Below, piece by piece: positions 25,101-34,022 of a stretch of DNA of 64,000 nt; position 1 is the stretch's first letter, and each line of letters opens with the position of its first letter. The notes under the pieces are model-generated. The model searched no databases. It saw nothing but the letters and a program-made list of their open reading frames with translations, and was not told the origin of the DNA. The position numbers and the translations under genes are program-made. The stretch lies in contig OZ037837.1 of NCBI GenBank assembly GCA_964035575.1, forward strand, positions 992,001-1,056,000. Reading direction: 5' to 3'. This DNA comes from Rhynchopus sp. YZ270_cl-10 (Eukaryota).

Positions 25101-28100
25101 CGGAGGACTCGGAGTCGGTGGTGACGGTGTCGGAGGACTCGGGGTCGGTGGTGACGGTGTCGGAGGACTCGGGGTCGGTGGTGACGGTGTCGGAGGACTC
25201 GGAGTCGGTGGTGACGGTGTCGGAGGACTCGGAGTTGGTGGTGACGGTGTCGGAGGACCCGGAGTTGGTGGTGACGGTGTCGGAGGACTCGGAGTCGGTG
25301 GTGACGGTGTCGGAGGACTCGGAGTTGGTGGTGACGGTGTCGGAGGACTCGGAGTCGGTGGTGACGGTGTCGGAGGACCCGGAGTTGGTGGTGACGGTGT
25401 CGGAGGACTCGGAGTTGGTGGTGACGGTGTCGGAGGACTCGGAGTTGGTGGTGACGGTGTCGGAGGACTCGGAGTCGGTGGTGACGGTGTCGGAGGACTC
25501 GGAGTCGGTGGTGACGGTGTCGGAGGACTCGGAGTTGGTGGTGACGGTGTCGGAGGACTCGGAGTCGGTGGTGACGGTGTCGGAGGACTCGGGGTCGGTG
25601 GTGACGGTGTCGGAGGACTCGGAGTCGGTGGTGACGGTGTCGGAGGACTCGGAGTCGGTGGTGACGGTGTCGGAGGACTCGGAGTTGGTGGTGACGGTGT
25701 CGGAGGACTCGGAGTCGGTGGTGACGGTGTCGGAGGACTCGGAGTTGGTGGTGACGGTGTCGGAGGACTCGGAGTCGGTGGTGACGGTGTCGGAGGACTC
25801 GGAGTTGGTGGTGACGGTGTCGGAGGACTCGGAGTTGGTGGTGACGGTGTCGGTGGACTCGGAGTCGGTGGTGACGGTGTCGGAGGACTCGGAGTTGGTG
25901 GTGACGGTGTCGGTGGACTCGGAGTCGGTGGTGACGGTGTCGGAGGACTCGGAGTCGGTGGTGACGGTGTCGGAGGACTCGGAGTTGGTGGTGACGGTGT
26001 CGGAGGACCCGGAGTTTGTGGTGACGGTGTCGGAGGACTCGGAGTCGGTGGTGACGGTGTCGGAGGACTCGGAGTCGGTGGTGACGGTGTCGGAGGACTC
26101 GGAGTCGGTGGTGACGGTGTTGGAGGACTCGGAGTCGGTGGTGACGGTGTCGGAGGACTCGGAGTCGGTGGTGACGGTGTCGGAGGACTCGGAGTCGGTG
26201 GTGACGGTGTCGGAGGACTCGGAGTCGGTGGTGACGGTGTTGGAGGACTCGGAGTCGGTGGTGACGGTGTCGGAGGACTCGGGGTCGGTGGTGACGGTGT
26301 CGGAGGACTCGGGGTCGGTGGTGACGGTGTCGGAGGACTCGGAGTCGGTGGTGACGGTGTCGGAGGACTCGGAGTCGGTGGTGACGGTGTCGGAGGACTC
26401 GGAGTCGGTGGTGACGGTGTTGGAGGACTCGGAGTCGGTGGTGACGGTGTCGGAGGACTCGGAGTCGGTGGTGACGGTGTCGGAGGACTCGGAGTCGGTG
26501 GTGACGGTGTTGGAGGACTCGGAGTCGGTGGTGACGGTGTCGGAGGACTCGGAGTCGGTGGTGACGGTGTCGGAGGACTCGGAGTCGGTGGTGACGGTGT
26601 TGGAGGACTCGGAGTCGGTGGTGACGGTGTTGGAGGACTCGGAGTTGGTGGTGACGGTGTTGGAGGACTCGGAGTCGGTGGTGACGGTGTCGGAGGACTC
26701 GGAGTCGGTGGTGACGGTGTCGGAGGACTCGGAGTCGGTGGTGACGGTGTTGGAGGACTCGGAGTCGGTGGTGACGGTGTCGGAGGACTCGGAGTTGGTG
26801 GTGACGGTGTTGGAGGACTCGGAGTCGGTGGTGACGGTGTCGGAGGACTCGGAGTCGGTGGTGACGGTGTCGGAGGACTCGGAGTCGGTGGTGACGGTGT
26901 TGGAGGACTCGGAGTCGGTGGTGACGGTGTCGGAGGACTCGGGGTCGGTGGTGACGGTGTCGGAGGACTCGGAGTCGGTGGTGACGGTGTCGGAGGACTC
27001 GGAGTCGGTGGTGACGGTGTCGGAGGACTCGGAGTCGGTGGTGACGGTGTCGGAGGACTCGGAGTCGGTGGTGACGGTGTCGGAGGACTCGGAGTCGGTG
27101 GTGACGGTGTCGGAGGACTCGGAGTCGGTGGTGACGGTGTCGGAGGACTCGGGGTCGGTGGTGACGGTGTCGGAGGACTCGGAGTTGGTGGTGACGGTGT
27201 CGGAGGACTCGGAGTTGGTGGTGACGGTGTCGGAGGACTTGGAGTTGGTGGTGACGGTGTCGGAGGACTCGGAGTCGGTGGTGACGGTGTCGGAGGACTC
27301 GGAGTCGGTGGTGACGGTGTCGGAGGACTCGGAGTTGGTGGTGACGGTGTTGGAGGACTCGGAGTCGGTGGTGACGGTGTCGGAGGACTCGGAGTCGGTG
27401 GTGACGGTGTCGGAGGACTCGGAGTCGGTGGTGACGGTGTTGGAGGACTCGGAGTCGGTGGTGACGGTGTTGGAGGACTCGGAGTCGGTGGTGACGGTGT
27501 CGGAGGACTCGGGGTCGGTGGTGACGGTGTCGTAGGACTCGGAGTCGGTGGTGACGGTGTCGGAGGACTCGGAGTCGGTGGTGACGGTGTCGGAGGACTC
27601 GGAGTCGGTGGTGACGGTGTCGGAGGACTCGGGGTCGGTGGTGACGGTGTCGGAGGACTCGGAGTTGGTGGTGACGGTGTCGGAGGACTCGGAGTTGGTG
27701 GTGACGGTGTCGGAGGACTTGGAGTTGGTGGTGACGGTGTCGGAGGACTCGGAGTCGGTGGTGACGGTGTCGGAGGACTTGGAGTTGGTGGTGACGGTGT
27801 CGGAGGACTCGGAGTCGGTGGTGACGGTGTCGGAGGACTCGGAGTCGGTGGTGACGGTGTCGGAGGACTTGGAGTTGGTGGTGACGGTGTCGGAGGACTC
27901 GGAGTTGGTGGTGACGGTGTCGGAGGACTCGGAGTTGGTGGTGACGGTGTCGGAGGACTTGGAGTCGGTGGTGACGGTGTCGGAGGACTTGGAGTTGGTG
28001 GTGACGGTGTCGGAGGACTCGGAGTCGGTGGTGACGGTGTCGGAGGACTTGGAGTTGGTGGTGACGGTGTCGGAGGACTCGGAGTCGGTGGTGACGGTGT

Positions 28101-31100
28101 CGGAGGACTCGGAGTTGGTGGTGACGGTGTCGGAGGACTCGGAGTCGGTGGTGACGGTGTCGGAGGACTCGGGGTCGGTGGTGACGGTGTCGGAGGACTC
28201 GGGGTCGGTGGTGACGGTGTCGGAGGACTCGGAGTCGGTGGTGACGGTGTCGGAGGACTCGGAGTTGGTGGTGACGGTGTCGGAGGACTCGGAGTTGGTG
28301 GTGACGGTGTCGGAGGACTCGGGGTCGGTGGTGACGGTGTCGGAGGACTCGGAGTCGGTGGTGACGGTGTCGGAGGACTCGGAGTTGGTGGTGACGGTGT
28401 CGGAGGACTCGGAGTTGGTGGTGACGGTGTCGGAGGACTCGGAGTTGGTGGTGACGGTGTCGGAGGACTCGGGGTCGGTGGTGACGGTGTCGGAGGACTC
28501 GGAGTTGGTGGTGACGGTGTCGGAGGACTCGGAGTTGGTGGTGAGGGTGTCGGAGGACTCGGAGTTGGTGGTGACGGTGTCGGAGGACTCGGAGTTGGTG
28601 GTGAGGGTGTCGGAGGACTCGGAGTTGGTGGTGACGGTGTCGGAGGACTCGGAGTTGGTGGTGACGGTGTCGGAGGACTCGGGGTCGGTGGTGACGGTGT
28701 CGGAGGACTCGGAGTTGGTGGTGACGGTGTCGGAGGACTCGGAGTCGGTGGTGACGGTGTCGGAGGACTCGGGGTCGGTGGTGACGGTGTCGGAGGACTC
28801 GGAGTTGGTGGTGACGGTGTCGGAGGACTCGGAGTCGGTGGTGACGGTGTCGGAGGACTCGGAGTTGGTGGTGACGGTGTCGGAGGACTCGGAGTCGGTG
28901 GTGACGGTGTCGGAGGACTCGGAGTTGGTGGTGACGGTGTCGGAGGACTTGGAGTTGGTGGTGACGGTGTCGGAGGACTCGGAGTTGGTGGTGACGGTGT
29001 CGGAGGACTCGGAGTCGGTGGTGACGGTGTCGGAGGACTCGGGGTCGGTGGTGACGGTGTCGGAGGACTTGGAGTTGGTGGTGACGGTGTCGGAGGACTC
29101 GGAGTCGGTGGTGACGGTGTCGGAGGACTCGGAGTTGGTGGTGACGGTGTCGGAGGACTTGGAGTTGGTGGTGACGGTGTCGGAGGACTCGGAGTTGGTG
29201 GTGACGGTGTCGGAGGACTCGGAGTCGGTGGTGACGGTGTCGGAGGACTCGGAGTTGGTGGTGACGGTGTCGGAGGACTCGGAGTTGGTGGTGACGGTGT
29301 CGGAGGACTCGGAGTCGGTGGTGACGGTGTCGGAGGACTCGGAGTTGGTGGTGACGGTGTCGGAGGACTCGGAGTCGGTGGTGACGGTGTCGGAGGACTC
29401 GGAGTCGGTGGTGACGGTGTCGGAGGACTTGGAGTTGGTGGTGACGGTGTCGGAGGACTCGGAGTCGGTGGTGACGGTGTCGGAGGACTCGGAGTCGGTG
29501 GTGACGGTGTCGGAGGACTCGGAGTTGGTGGTGACGGTGTCGGAGGACTCGGAGTCGGTGGTGACGGTGTCGGAGGACTCGGAGTTGGTGGTGACGGTGT
29601 CGGAGGACTCGGAGTTGGTGGTGACGGTGTCGGAGGACTCGGAGTCGGTGGTGACGGTGTCGGAGGACTCGGAGTTGGTGGTGACGGTGTCGGAGGACTC
29701 GGAGTTGGTGGTGACGGTGTCGGAGGACTCGGGGTCGGTGGTGAGGGTGTCGGAGGACTCGGAGTTGGTGGTGACGGTGTCGGAGGACTCGGAGTTGGTG
29801 GTGACGGTGTCGGAGGACTCGGGGTCGGTGGTGAGGGTGTCGGAGGACTCGGAGTTGGTGGTGACGGTGTCGGAGGACTTGGAGTTGGTGGTGACGGTGT
29901 CGGAGGACTCGGAGTCGGTGGTGACGGTGTCGGAGGACTCGGAGTTGGTGGTGACGGTGTCGGAGGACTCGGAGTCGGTGGTGACGGTGTCGGAGGACTC
30001 GGAGTCGGTGGTGACGGTGTCGGAGGACTCGGGGTCGGTGGTGACGGTGTCGGAGGACTCGGAGTTGGTGGTGACGGTGTCGGAGGACTCGGAGTCGGTG
30101 GTGACGGTGTCGGAGGACTTGGAGTTGGTGGTGACGGTGTCGGAGGACTCGGAGTCGGTGGTGACGGTGTCGGAGGACTCGGAGTTGGTGGTGACGGTGT
30201 CGGAGGACTCGGAGTTGGTGGTGACGGTGTCGGAGGACTCGGAGTCGGTGGTGACGGTGTCGGAGGACTCGGAGTCGGTGGTGACGGTGTCGGAGGACTC
30301 GGAGTTGGTGGTGACGGTGTCGGAGGACTCGGAGTTGGTGGTGACGGTGTCGGAGGACTCGGAGTCGGTGGTGACGGTGTCGGAGGACTCGGAGTCGGTG
30401 GTGACGGTGTCGGAGGACTCGGAGTTGGTGGTGACGGTGTCGGAGGACTCGGAGTTGGTGGTGACGGTGTCGGAGGACTCGGAGTCGGTGGTGACGGTGT
30501 CGGAGGACTCGGAGTTGGTGGTGACGGTGTCGGAGGACTCGGAGTTGGTGGTGACGGTGTCGGAGGACTCGGAGTTGGTGGTGACGGTGTCGGAGGACTC
30601 GGAGTTGGTGGTGACGGTGTCGGAGGACTCGGGGTCGGTGGTGAGGGTGTCGGAGGACTCGGAGTTGGTGGTGACGGTGTCGGAGGACTTGGAGTTGGTG
30701 GTGACGGTGTCGGAGGACTCGGAGTTGGTGGTGACGGTGTCGGAGGACTTGGAGTTGGTGGTGACGGTGTCGGAGGACTCGGGGTCGGTGGTGACGGTGT
30801 CGGAGGACTCGGAGTTGGTGGTGACGGTGTCGGAGGACTCGGAGTTGGTGGTGACGGTGTCGGAGGACTCGGAGTTGGTGGTGACGGTGTCGGAGGACTC
30901 GGAGTTGGTGGTGACGGTGTCGGAGGACTCGGAGTTGGTGGTGACGGTGTCGGAGGACTCGGGGTCGGTGGTGACGGTGTCGGAGGACTCGGAGTTGGTG
31001 GTGACGGTGTCGGAGGACTCGGAGTTGGTGGTGACGGTGTCGGAGGACTCGGAGTCGGTGGTGACGGTGTCGGAGGACTCGGGGTCGGTGGTGACGGTGT

Positions 31101-34022
31101 CGGAGGACTCGGAGTTGGTGGTGACGGTGTCGGAGGACTCGGAGTCGGTGGTGACGGTGTCGGAGGACTCGGAGTTGGTGGTGACGGTGTCGGAGGACTC
31201 GGAGTCGGTGGTGACGGTGTCGGAGGACTCGGAGTTGGTGGTGACGGTGTCGGAGGACTCGGAGTCGGTGGTGACGGTGTCGGAGGACTCGGGGTCGGTG
31301 GTGACGGTGTCGGAGGACTTGGAGTTGGTGGTGACGGTGTCGGAGGACTCGGAGTCGGTGGTGACGGTGTCGGAGGACTTGGAGTTGGTGGTGACGGTGT
31401 CGGAGGACTCGGAGTCGGTGGTGACGGTGTCGGAGGACTCGGAGTTGGTGGTGACGGTGTCGGAGGACTCGGAGTCGGTGGTGACGGTGTCGGAGGACTC
31501 GGGGTCGGTGGTGACGGTGTCGGAGGACTCGGAGTTGGTGGTGACGGTGTCGGAGGACTCGGAGTCGGTGGTGACGGTGTCGGAGGACTCGGAGTTGGTG
31601 GTGACGGTGTCGGAGGACTCGGAGTTGGTGGTGACGGTGTCGGAGGACTCGGAGTTGGTGGTGACGGTGTCGGAGGACTCGGAGTTGGTGGTGACGGTGT
31701 CGGAGGACTCGGGGTCGGTGGTGAGGGTGTCGGAGGACTCGGAGTTGGTGGTGACGGTGTCGGAGGACTTGGAGTTGGTGGTGACGGTGTCGGAGGACTC
31801 GGAGTTGGTGGTGACGGTGTCGGAGGACTCGGAGTCGGTGGTGACGGTGTCGGAGGACTTGGAGTTGGTGGTGACGGTGTCGGAGGACTCGGAGTTGGTG
31901 GTGACGGTGTCGGAGGACTCGGAGTTGGTGGTGACGGTGTCGGAGGACTCGGAGTCGGTGGTGACGGTGTCGGAGGACTCGGAGTTGGTGGTGACGGTGT
32001 CGGAGGACTCGGAGTTGGTGGTGACGGTGTCGGAGGACTCGGGGTCGGTGGTGACGGTGTCGGAGGACTCGGAGTCGGTGGTGACGGTGTCGGAGGACTC
32101 GGGGTCGGTGGTGACGGTGTCGGAGGACTCGGAGTCGGTGGTGACGGTGTCGGAGGACTTGGAGTTGGTGGTGACGGTGTCGGAGGACTCGGAGTCGGTG
32201 GTGACGGTGTCGGAGGACTCGGGGTCGGTGGTGACGGTGTCGGAGGACTCGGAGTTGGTGGTGACGGTGTCGGAGGACTCGGAGTCGGTGGTGACGGTGT
32301 CGGAGGACTCGGAGTTGGTGGTGACGGTGTCGGAGGACTCGGAGTCGGTGGTGACGGTGTCGGAGGACTCGGGGTCGGTGGTGACGGTGTCGGAGGACTC
32401 GGAGTCGGTGGTGACGGTGTCGGAGGACTCGGAGTTGGTGGTGACGGTGTCGGAGGACTCGGAGTTGGTGGTGACGGTGTCGGAGGACTCGGAGTTGGTG
32501 GTGACGGTGTCGGAGGACTCGGAGTTGGTGGTGACGGTGTCGGAGGACTCGGGGTCGGTGGTGAGGGTGTCGGAGGACTCGGAGTTGGTGGTGACGGTGT
32601 CGGAGGACTTGGAGTTGGTGGTGACGGTGTCGGAGGACTCGGAGTTGGTGGTGACGGTGTCGGAGGACTTGGAGTTGGTGGTGACGGTGTCGGAGGACTC
32701 GGAGTTGGTGGTGACGGTGTCGGAGGACTCGGAGTCGGTGGTGACGGTGTCGGAGGACTTGGAGTTGGTGGTGACGGTGTCGGAGGACTCGGAGTTGGTG
32801 GTGACGGTGTCGGAGGACTCGGAGTTGGTGGTGACGGTGTCGGAGGACTCGGAGTCGGTGGTGACGGTGTCGGAGGACTCGGAGTTGGTGGTGACGGTGT
32901 CGGAGGACTCGGAGTTGGTGGTGACGGTGTCGGAGGACTCGGGGTCGGTGGTGACGGTGTCGGAGGACTCGGAGTCGGTGGTGACGGTGTCGGAGGACTC
33001 GGGGTCGGTGGTGACGGTGTCGGAGGACTCGGAGTCGGTGGTGACGGTGTCGGAGGACTTGGAGTTGGTGGTGACGGTGTCGGAGGACTCGGAGTCGGTG
33101 GTGACGGTGTCGGAGGACTCGGGGTCGGTGGTGACGGTGTCGGAGGACTCGGAGTTGGTGGTGACGGTGTCGGAGGACTCGGAGTCGGTGGTGACGGTGT
33201 CGGAGGACTCGGAGTTGGTGGTGACGGTGTCGGAGGACTCGGAGTCGGTGGTGACGGTGTCGGAGGACTCGGGGTCGGTGGTGACGGTGTCGGAGGACTC
33301 GGAGTCGGTGGTGACGGTGTCGGAGGACTCGGAGTTGGTGGTGACGGTGTCGGAGGACTCGGAGTCGGTGGTGACGGTGTCGGAGGACTCGGGGTCGGTG
33401 GTGACGGTGTCGGAGGACTCGGAGTCGGTGGTGACGGTGTCGGAGGACTCGGAGTTGGTGGTGACGGTGTCGGAGGACTCGGAGTTGGTGGTGACGGTGT
33501 CGGAGGACTCGGAGTTGGTGGTGACGGTGTCGGAGGACTCGGAGTCGGAGGACTCGGAGTCGGTGGTGACGCTGCAGGTGCCGGCGTATCCTTGTATGCT
33601 TTGAATGTGCCGCTGAAACCTTGGAACTGTACGCTGCCGTCACTTTCAAAAGACATATAGACAGGACCCTGGACGATGTGTGCCTGGTTTAAATTGTATG
33701 AACCTTGCAGGGTCGTGACGTATGTGTATGTGTCCTCTGCAGTTTCCGTAAAAATATTCAAGTAGTCAAACCCCGTCTCAGATTCAAAGTAGCTCATAGT
33801 TATGGTTACCTCATTTGGGGTTTCAAGTTTCCAGCAATCGTATGTGTCGGGAAGATATGGATTTGGTGTGCTAAACGATCCTGTCACAGTGGATGAATCA
33901 AACACTGTGACACTTTTGCACCCACTGGCAGTTCCTGGCACGTCTGTCACAGGGGCCACACACTCCCCTCCACTCTGGAAGCAGAGCAGCACCCACACCG
34001 CCCAACACAGGGAACGCATCAT
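19137..34022 (-). CDS. Giant type I membrane protein: signal peptide, CUB domain, ~4700-aa Pro/Thr/Ser stalk, C-terminal TM helix and short tail (mucin/extensin-like)
   Basis: MMRSLCWAVWVLLC signal; CUB-like C...FSTPNPY...CWKL...FESETGFDYLNI...FESDGSVQFQGFSGTF; (SPPTP)n; TM LYYLAIFGAIAALLVALGLALFLWVL. Repeat variants are almost all synonymous in this frame. Confidence 0.9.
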   Translation of the reverse strand: MMRSLCWAVWVLLCFQSGGECVAPVTDVPGTASGCKSVTVFDSSTVTGSFSTPNPYLPDTYDCWKLETPNEVTITMSYFESETGFDYLNIFTETAEDTYTYVTTLQGSYNLNQAHIVQGPVYMSFESDGSVQFQGFSGTFKAYKDTPAPAASPPTPSPPTPSPPTPSPPTPSPPTPSPPTPSPPTPSPPTPSPPTPSPPTPSPPTPSPPTPSPPTPSPPTPSPPTPSPPTPSPPTPSPPTPSPPTPSPPTPSPPTPSPPTPSPPTPSPPTPSPPTPSPPTPSPPTPSPPTPSPPTPSPPTPSPPTPSPPTPSPPTPSPPTPSPPTPSPPTPSPPTPSPPTPSPPTPSPPTPSPPTPSPPTPSPPTPSPPTPSPPTPSPPTPSPPTPSPPTPSPPTPSPPTPSPPTPSPPTPSPPTPSPPTPSPPTPSPPTPSPPTPSPPTPSPPTPSPPTPSPPTPSPPTPSPPTPSPPTPSPPTPSPPTPSPPTPSPPTPSPPTPSPPTPSPPTPSPPTPSPPTPSPPTPSPPTPSPPTPSPPTPSPPTPSPPTPSPPTPSPPTPSPPTPSPPTPSPPTPSPPTPSPPTPSPPTPSPPTPSPPTPSPPTPSPPTPSPPTPSPPTPSPPTPSPPTPSPPTPSPPTPSPPTPSPPTPSPPTPSPPTPSPPTPSPPTPSPPTPSPPTPSPPTPSPPTPSPPTPSPPTPSPPTPSPPTPSPPTPSPPTPSPPTPSPPTPSPPTPSPPTPSPPTPSPPTPSPPTPSPPTPSPPTPSPPTPSPPTPSPPTPSPPTPSPPTPSPPTPSPPTPSPPTPSPPTPSPPTPSPPTPSPPTPSPPTPSPPTPSPPTPSPPTPSPPTPSPPTPSPPTPSPPTPSPPTPSPPTPSPPTPSPPTPSPPTPSPPTPSPPTPSPPTPSPPTPSPPTPSPPTPSPPTPSPPTPSPPTPSPPTPSPPTPSPPTPSPPTPSPPTPSPPTPSPPTPSPPTPSPPTPSPPTPSPPTPSPPTPSPPTPSPPTPSPPTPSPPTPSPPTPSPPTPSPPTPSPPTPSPPTPSPPTPSPPTPSPPTPSPPTPSPPTPSPPTPSPPTPSPPTPSPPTPSPPTPSPPTPSPPTPSPPTPSPPTPSPPTPSPPTPSPPTPSPPTPSPPTPSPPTPSPPTPSPPTPSPPTPSPPTPSPPTPSPPTPSPPTPSPPTPSPPTPSPPTPSPPTPSPPTPSPPTPSPPTPSPPTPSPPTPSPPTPSPPTPSPPTPSPPTPSPPTPSPPTPSPPTPSPPTPSPPTPSPPTPSPPTPSPPTPSPPTPSPPTPSPPTPSPPTPSPPTPSPPTPSPPTPSPPTPSPPTPSPPTPSPPTPSPPTPSPPTPSPPTPSPPTPSPPTPSPPTPSPPTPSPPTPSPPTPSPPTPSPPTPSPPTPSPPTPSPPTPSPPTPSPPTPSPPTPSPPTPSPPTPSPPTPSPPTPSPPTPSPPTPSPPTPSPPTPSPPTPSPPTPSPPTPSPPTPSPPTPSPPTPSPPTPSPPTPSPPTPSPPTPSPPTPSPPTPSPPTPSPPTPSPPTPSPPTPSPPTPSPPTPSPPTPSPPTPSPPTPSPPTPSPPTPSPPTPSPPTPSPPTPSPPTPSPPTPSPPTPSPPTPSPPTPSPPTPSPPTPSPPTPSPPTPSPPTPSPPTPSPPTPSPPTPSPPTPSPPTPSPPTPSPPTPSPPTPSPPTPSPPTPSPPTPSPPTPSPPTPSPPTPSPPTPSPPTPSPPTPSPPTPSPPTPSPPTPSPPTPSPPTPSPPTPSPPTPSPPTPSPPTPSPPTPSPPTPSPPTPSPPTPSPPTPSPPTPSPPTPSPPTPSPPTPSPPTPSPPTPSPPTPSPPTPSPPTPSPPTPSPPTPSPPTPSPPTPSPPTPSPPTPSPPTPSPPTPSPPTPSPPTPSPPTPSPPTPSPPTPSPPTPSPPTPSPPTPSPPTPSPPTPSPPTPSPPTPSPPTPSPPTPSPPTPSPPTPSPPTPSPPTPSPPTPSPPTPSPPTPSPPTPSPPTPSPPTPSPPTPSPPTPSPPTPSPPTPSPPTPSPPTPSPPTPSPPTPSPPTPSPPTPSPPTPSPPTPSPPTPSPPTPSPPTPSPPTPSPPTPSPPTPSPPTPSPPTPSPPTPSPPTPSPPTPSPPTPSPPTPSPPTPSPPTPSPPTPSPPTPSPPTPSPPTPSPPTPSPPTPSPTTPSPPTPSPPTPSPPTPSPPTPSPPTPSPPTPSPPTPSPPTPSPPTPSPPTPSPPTPSPPTPSPPTPSPPTPSPPTPSPPTPSPPTPSPPTPSPPTPSPPTPSPPTPSPPTPSPPTPSPPTPSPPTPSPPTPSPPTPSPPTPSPPTPSPPTPSPPTPSPPTPSPPTPSPPTPSPPTPSPPTPSPPTPSPPTPSPPTPSPPTPSPPTPSPPTPSPPTPSPPTPSPPTPSPPTPSPPTPSPPTPSPPTPSPPTPSPPTPSPPTPSPPTPSPPTPSPPTPSPPTPSPPTPSPPTPSPPTPSPPTPSPPTPSPPTPSPPTPSPPTPSPPTPSPPTPSPPTPSPPTPSPPTPSPPTPSPPTPSPPTPSPPTPSPPTPSPPTPSPPTPSPPTPSPPTPSPPTPSPPTPSPPTPSPPTPSPPTPSPPTPSPPTPSPPTPSPPTPSPPTPSPPTPSPPTPSPPTPSPPTPSPPTPSPPTPSPPTPSPPTPSPPTPSPPTPSPPTPSPPTPSPQTPGPPTPSPPTPSPPTPSPPTPSPPTPSPPTPSPPTPSPPTPSPPTPSPPTPSPPTPSPPTPSPPTPSPPTPSPPTPSPPTPSPPTPSPPTPSPPTPSPPTPSPPTPSPPTPSPPTPSPPTPSPPTPSPPTPSPPTPSPPTPSPPTPSPPTPSPPTPSPPTPSPPTPSPPTPSPPTPSPPTPSPPTPSPPTPSPPTPSPPTPSPPTPSPPTPGPPTPSPPTPSPPTPSPPTPSPPTPSPPTPSPPTPSPPTPGPPTPSPPTPSPPTPSPPTPSPPTPSPPTPSPPTPSPPTPSPPTPSPPTPSPPTPSPPTPSPPTPSPPTPSPPTPSPPTPSPPTPSPPTPSPPTPSPPTPSPPTPSPPTPSPPTPSPPTPSPPTPSPPTPSPPTPSPPTPSPPTPSPPTPSPPTPSPPTPSPPTPSPPTPSPPTPSPPTPSPSTMSPPTPSPPTPSPSVLGGGVTLIPSTMSPPTPSPPTPSPPTPSPPTPSPSVLGGGVTLIPSTMSPPTPSPPTPSPPTPSPPTPSPSVLGGGVTLIPSTMSPPTPSGPTPSPPTPSPPTPSPSVLGGGVTLIPSTVSPPTPSPPTPSPPTPSPPTPSPSVLGGGVTLIPSTMSPPTPSPPTPSPPTPSPPTPSPSVLGGGVTLIPSTMSPPTPSPPTPSPPTPSPPTPSPSVLGGGVTLIPSTVSPPTPSPPTPSPPTPSPPTPSPSVLGGGVTLIPSTVSPPTPSPPTPSPPTPSPPTPSPSVLGGGVTLIPSTVSPPTPSPPTPSPPTPSPPTPSPSVLGGGVTLIPSTMSPPTPSPPTPSPPTPSPPTPSPSVLGGGVTLIPSTVSPPTPSPLTPSPLTPSPPTPSPSVLGGGVTLIPSTVSPPTPSPPTPSPPTPSPPTPSPSVLGGGVTLIPSTMSPPTPSPPTPSPLTPSPPTPSPSVLGGGVTLIPSTMSPPTPSPPTPSPLTPSPPTPSPSVLGGGVTLIPSTVSPPTPSPPTPSPLTPSPPTPSPSVLGGGVTLIPSTVSPPTPSPPTPSPPTPSPPTPSPSVLGGGVTLIPSTVSPPTPSPPTPSPPTASPPTPSPSVLGGGVTLIPSTVSPPTPSPPTPSPPTASPPTPSPSVLGGGVTLIPSTMSPPTPSPPTPSPPTPSPPTPSPSVLGGGVTLIPSTMSPPTPSPPTPSPPTPSPPTPSPSVLGGGVTLIPSTMSPPTPSPPTPSPPTPSPPTPSPSVLGGGVTLIPSTVSPPTPSPPTPSPPTPSPPTPSPSVLGGGVTLIPSTVSPPTPSPPTPSPPTPSPPTPSPSVLGGGVTLIPSTMSPPTPSPPTPSPPTPSPPTPSPSVLGGGVTLIPSTVSPRTPSPPTPSPPTPSPPTPSPSVLGGGVTLIPSTVSPRTPSPPTPSPPTPSPPTPSPSVLGGGVTLIPSTMSPLTPSPPTPSPSVLGGGVTLIPSTMSPLTPSPPTPSPPTPSPPTPSPSVLGGGVTLIPSTMSPLTPSPPTPSPPTPSPPTPSPSVLGGGVTLIPSTMSPPTPSPPTPSPPTPSPPTPSPSVLGGGVTLIPSTMSPPTPSPPTPSPPTPSPPTPSPSVLGGGVTLIPSTMSPPTPSPPTPSPSVLGGGVTLIPSTMSPPTPSGPTPSPPTPSPPTPSPSVLGGGVTLIPSTMSPPTPSPPTPSPPTPSPPTPSPSVLGGGVTVIPSTVSPPTPAPLTPSPPTPSPPTPSPSVLGGGVTLIPSTMSPPTPSPPTPSPPTPSPPTPSPSVLGGGVTLIPSTMSPPTPSPPTPSPSVLGGGVTLIPSTMSPPTPSPPTPSPSVLGGGVTLIPSTMSPPTPSPPTPSPPTPSPPTPSPSVLGGGVTLIPSTMSPPTPSPPTPSPPTPSPPTPSPSVLGGGVTLIPSTVSPPTPSPPTPSPPTPSPPTPSPSVLGGGVTLIPSTVSPPTPSPPTPSPSTPSPPTPSPSVLGGGVTLIPSTVSPPTPSPPTPSPPTPSPPTPSPSVLGGAVTLIPSIVSPPTPSPPTPSPPTPSPPTPSPSVLGGGVTLIPSTVSPPTPSPPTPSPPTPSPPTPSPSVLGGGVTLIPSTVSPPTPSPPTPSPPTPSPPTPSPSVLGGGVTLIPSTVSPPTPSPPTPSPPTPSPPTPSPSVLGGGVTLIPSTMSPPTPSPPTPSPSTPSPPTPSPSVLGGGVTLIPSTVSPPTPSPPTPSPPTPSPPTPSPSVLGGGVTLIPSTSDASTIARSTISPPTPSPSILGGGVTLDESTPAPTLVTLPPTDVPLSTERTAETESRFKDEKGALYYLAIFGAIAALLVALGLALFLWVLHTKNSRIATETHNVPF
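19458..24715. repeat. Tandem array of ~108-bp units (some 78 bp), about 50 copies, encoding SVLGGGVTLIPST(M/V)(SPPTP)n
   Basis: ggaatcaatgtcacacctccaccaagcacagacggcgacggcgtcgga recurs every 108 or 78 bp. Confidence 0.95.
24716..33570. repeat. Tandem array of 30-bp units, about 295 copies, encoding (SPPTP)2
   Basis: ggagtyggtggtgacggtgtcggaggactc repeated in exact 30-bp register. Confidence 0.98.

Noticed and set aside
19458..33570. CRISPR-like periodicity
   Set aside because: No unique spacers and no cas genes; it is a coding tandem repeat.
19282..33660. Very long alternative-frame ORFs (4792, 3000, 2018, 1341 aa)
   Set aside because: Shadows of a stop-free tandem repeat; variants are silent only in the minus SPPTP frame, which alone has signal, CUB and TM.
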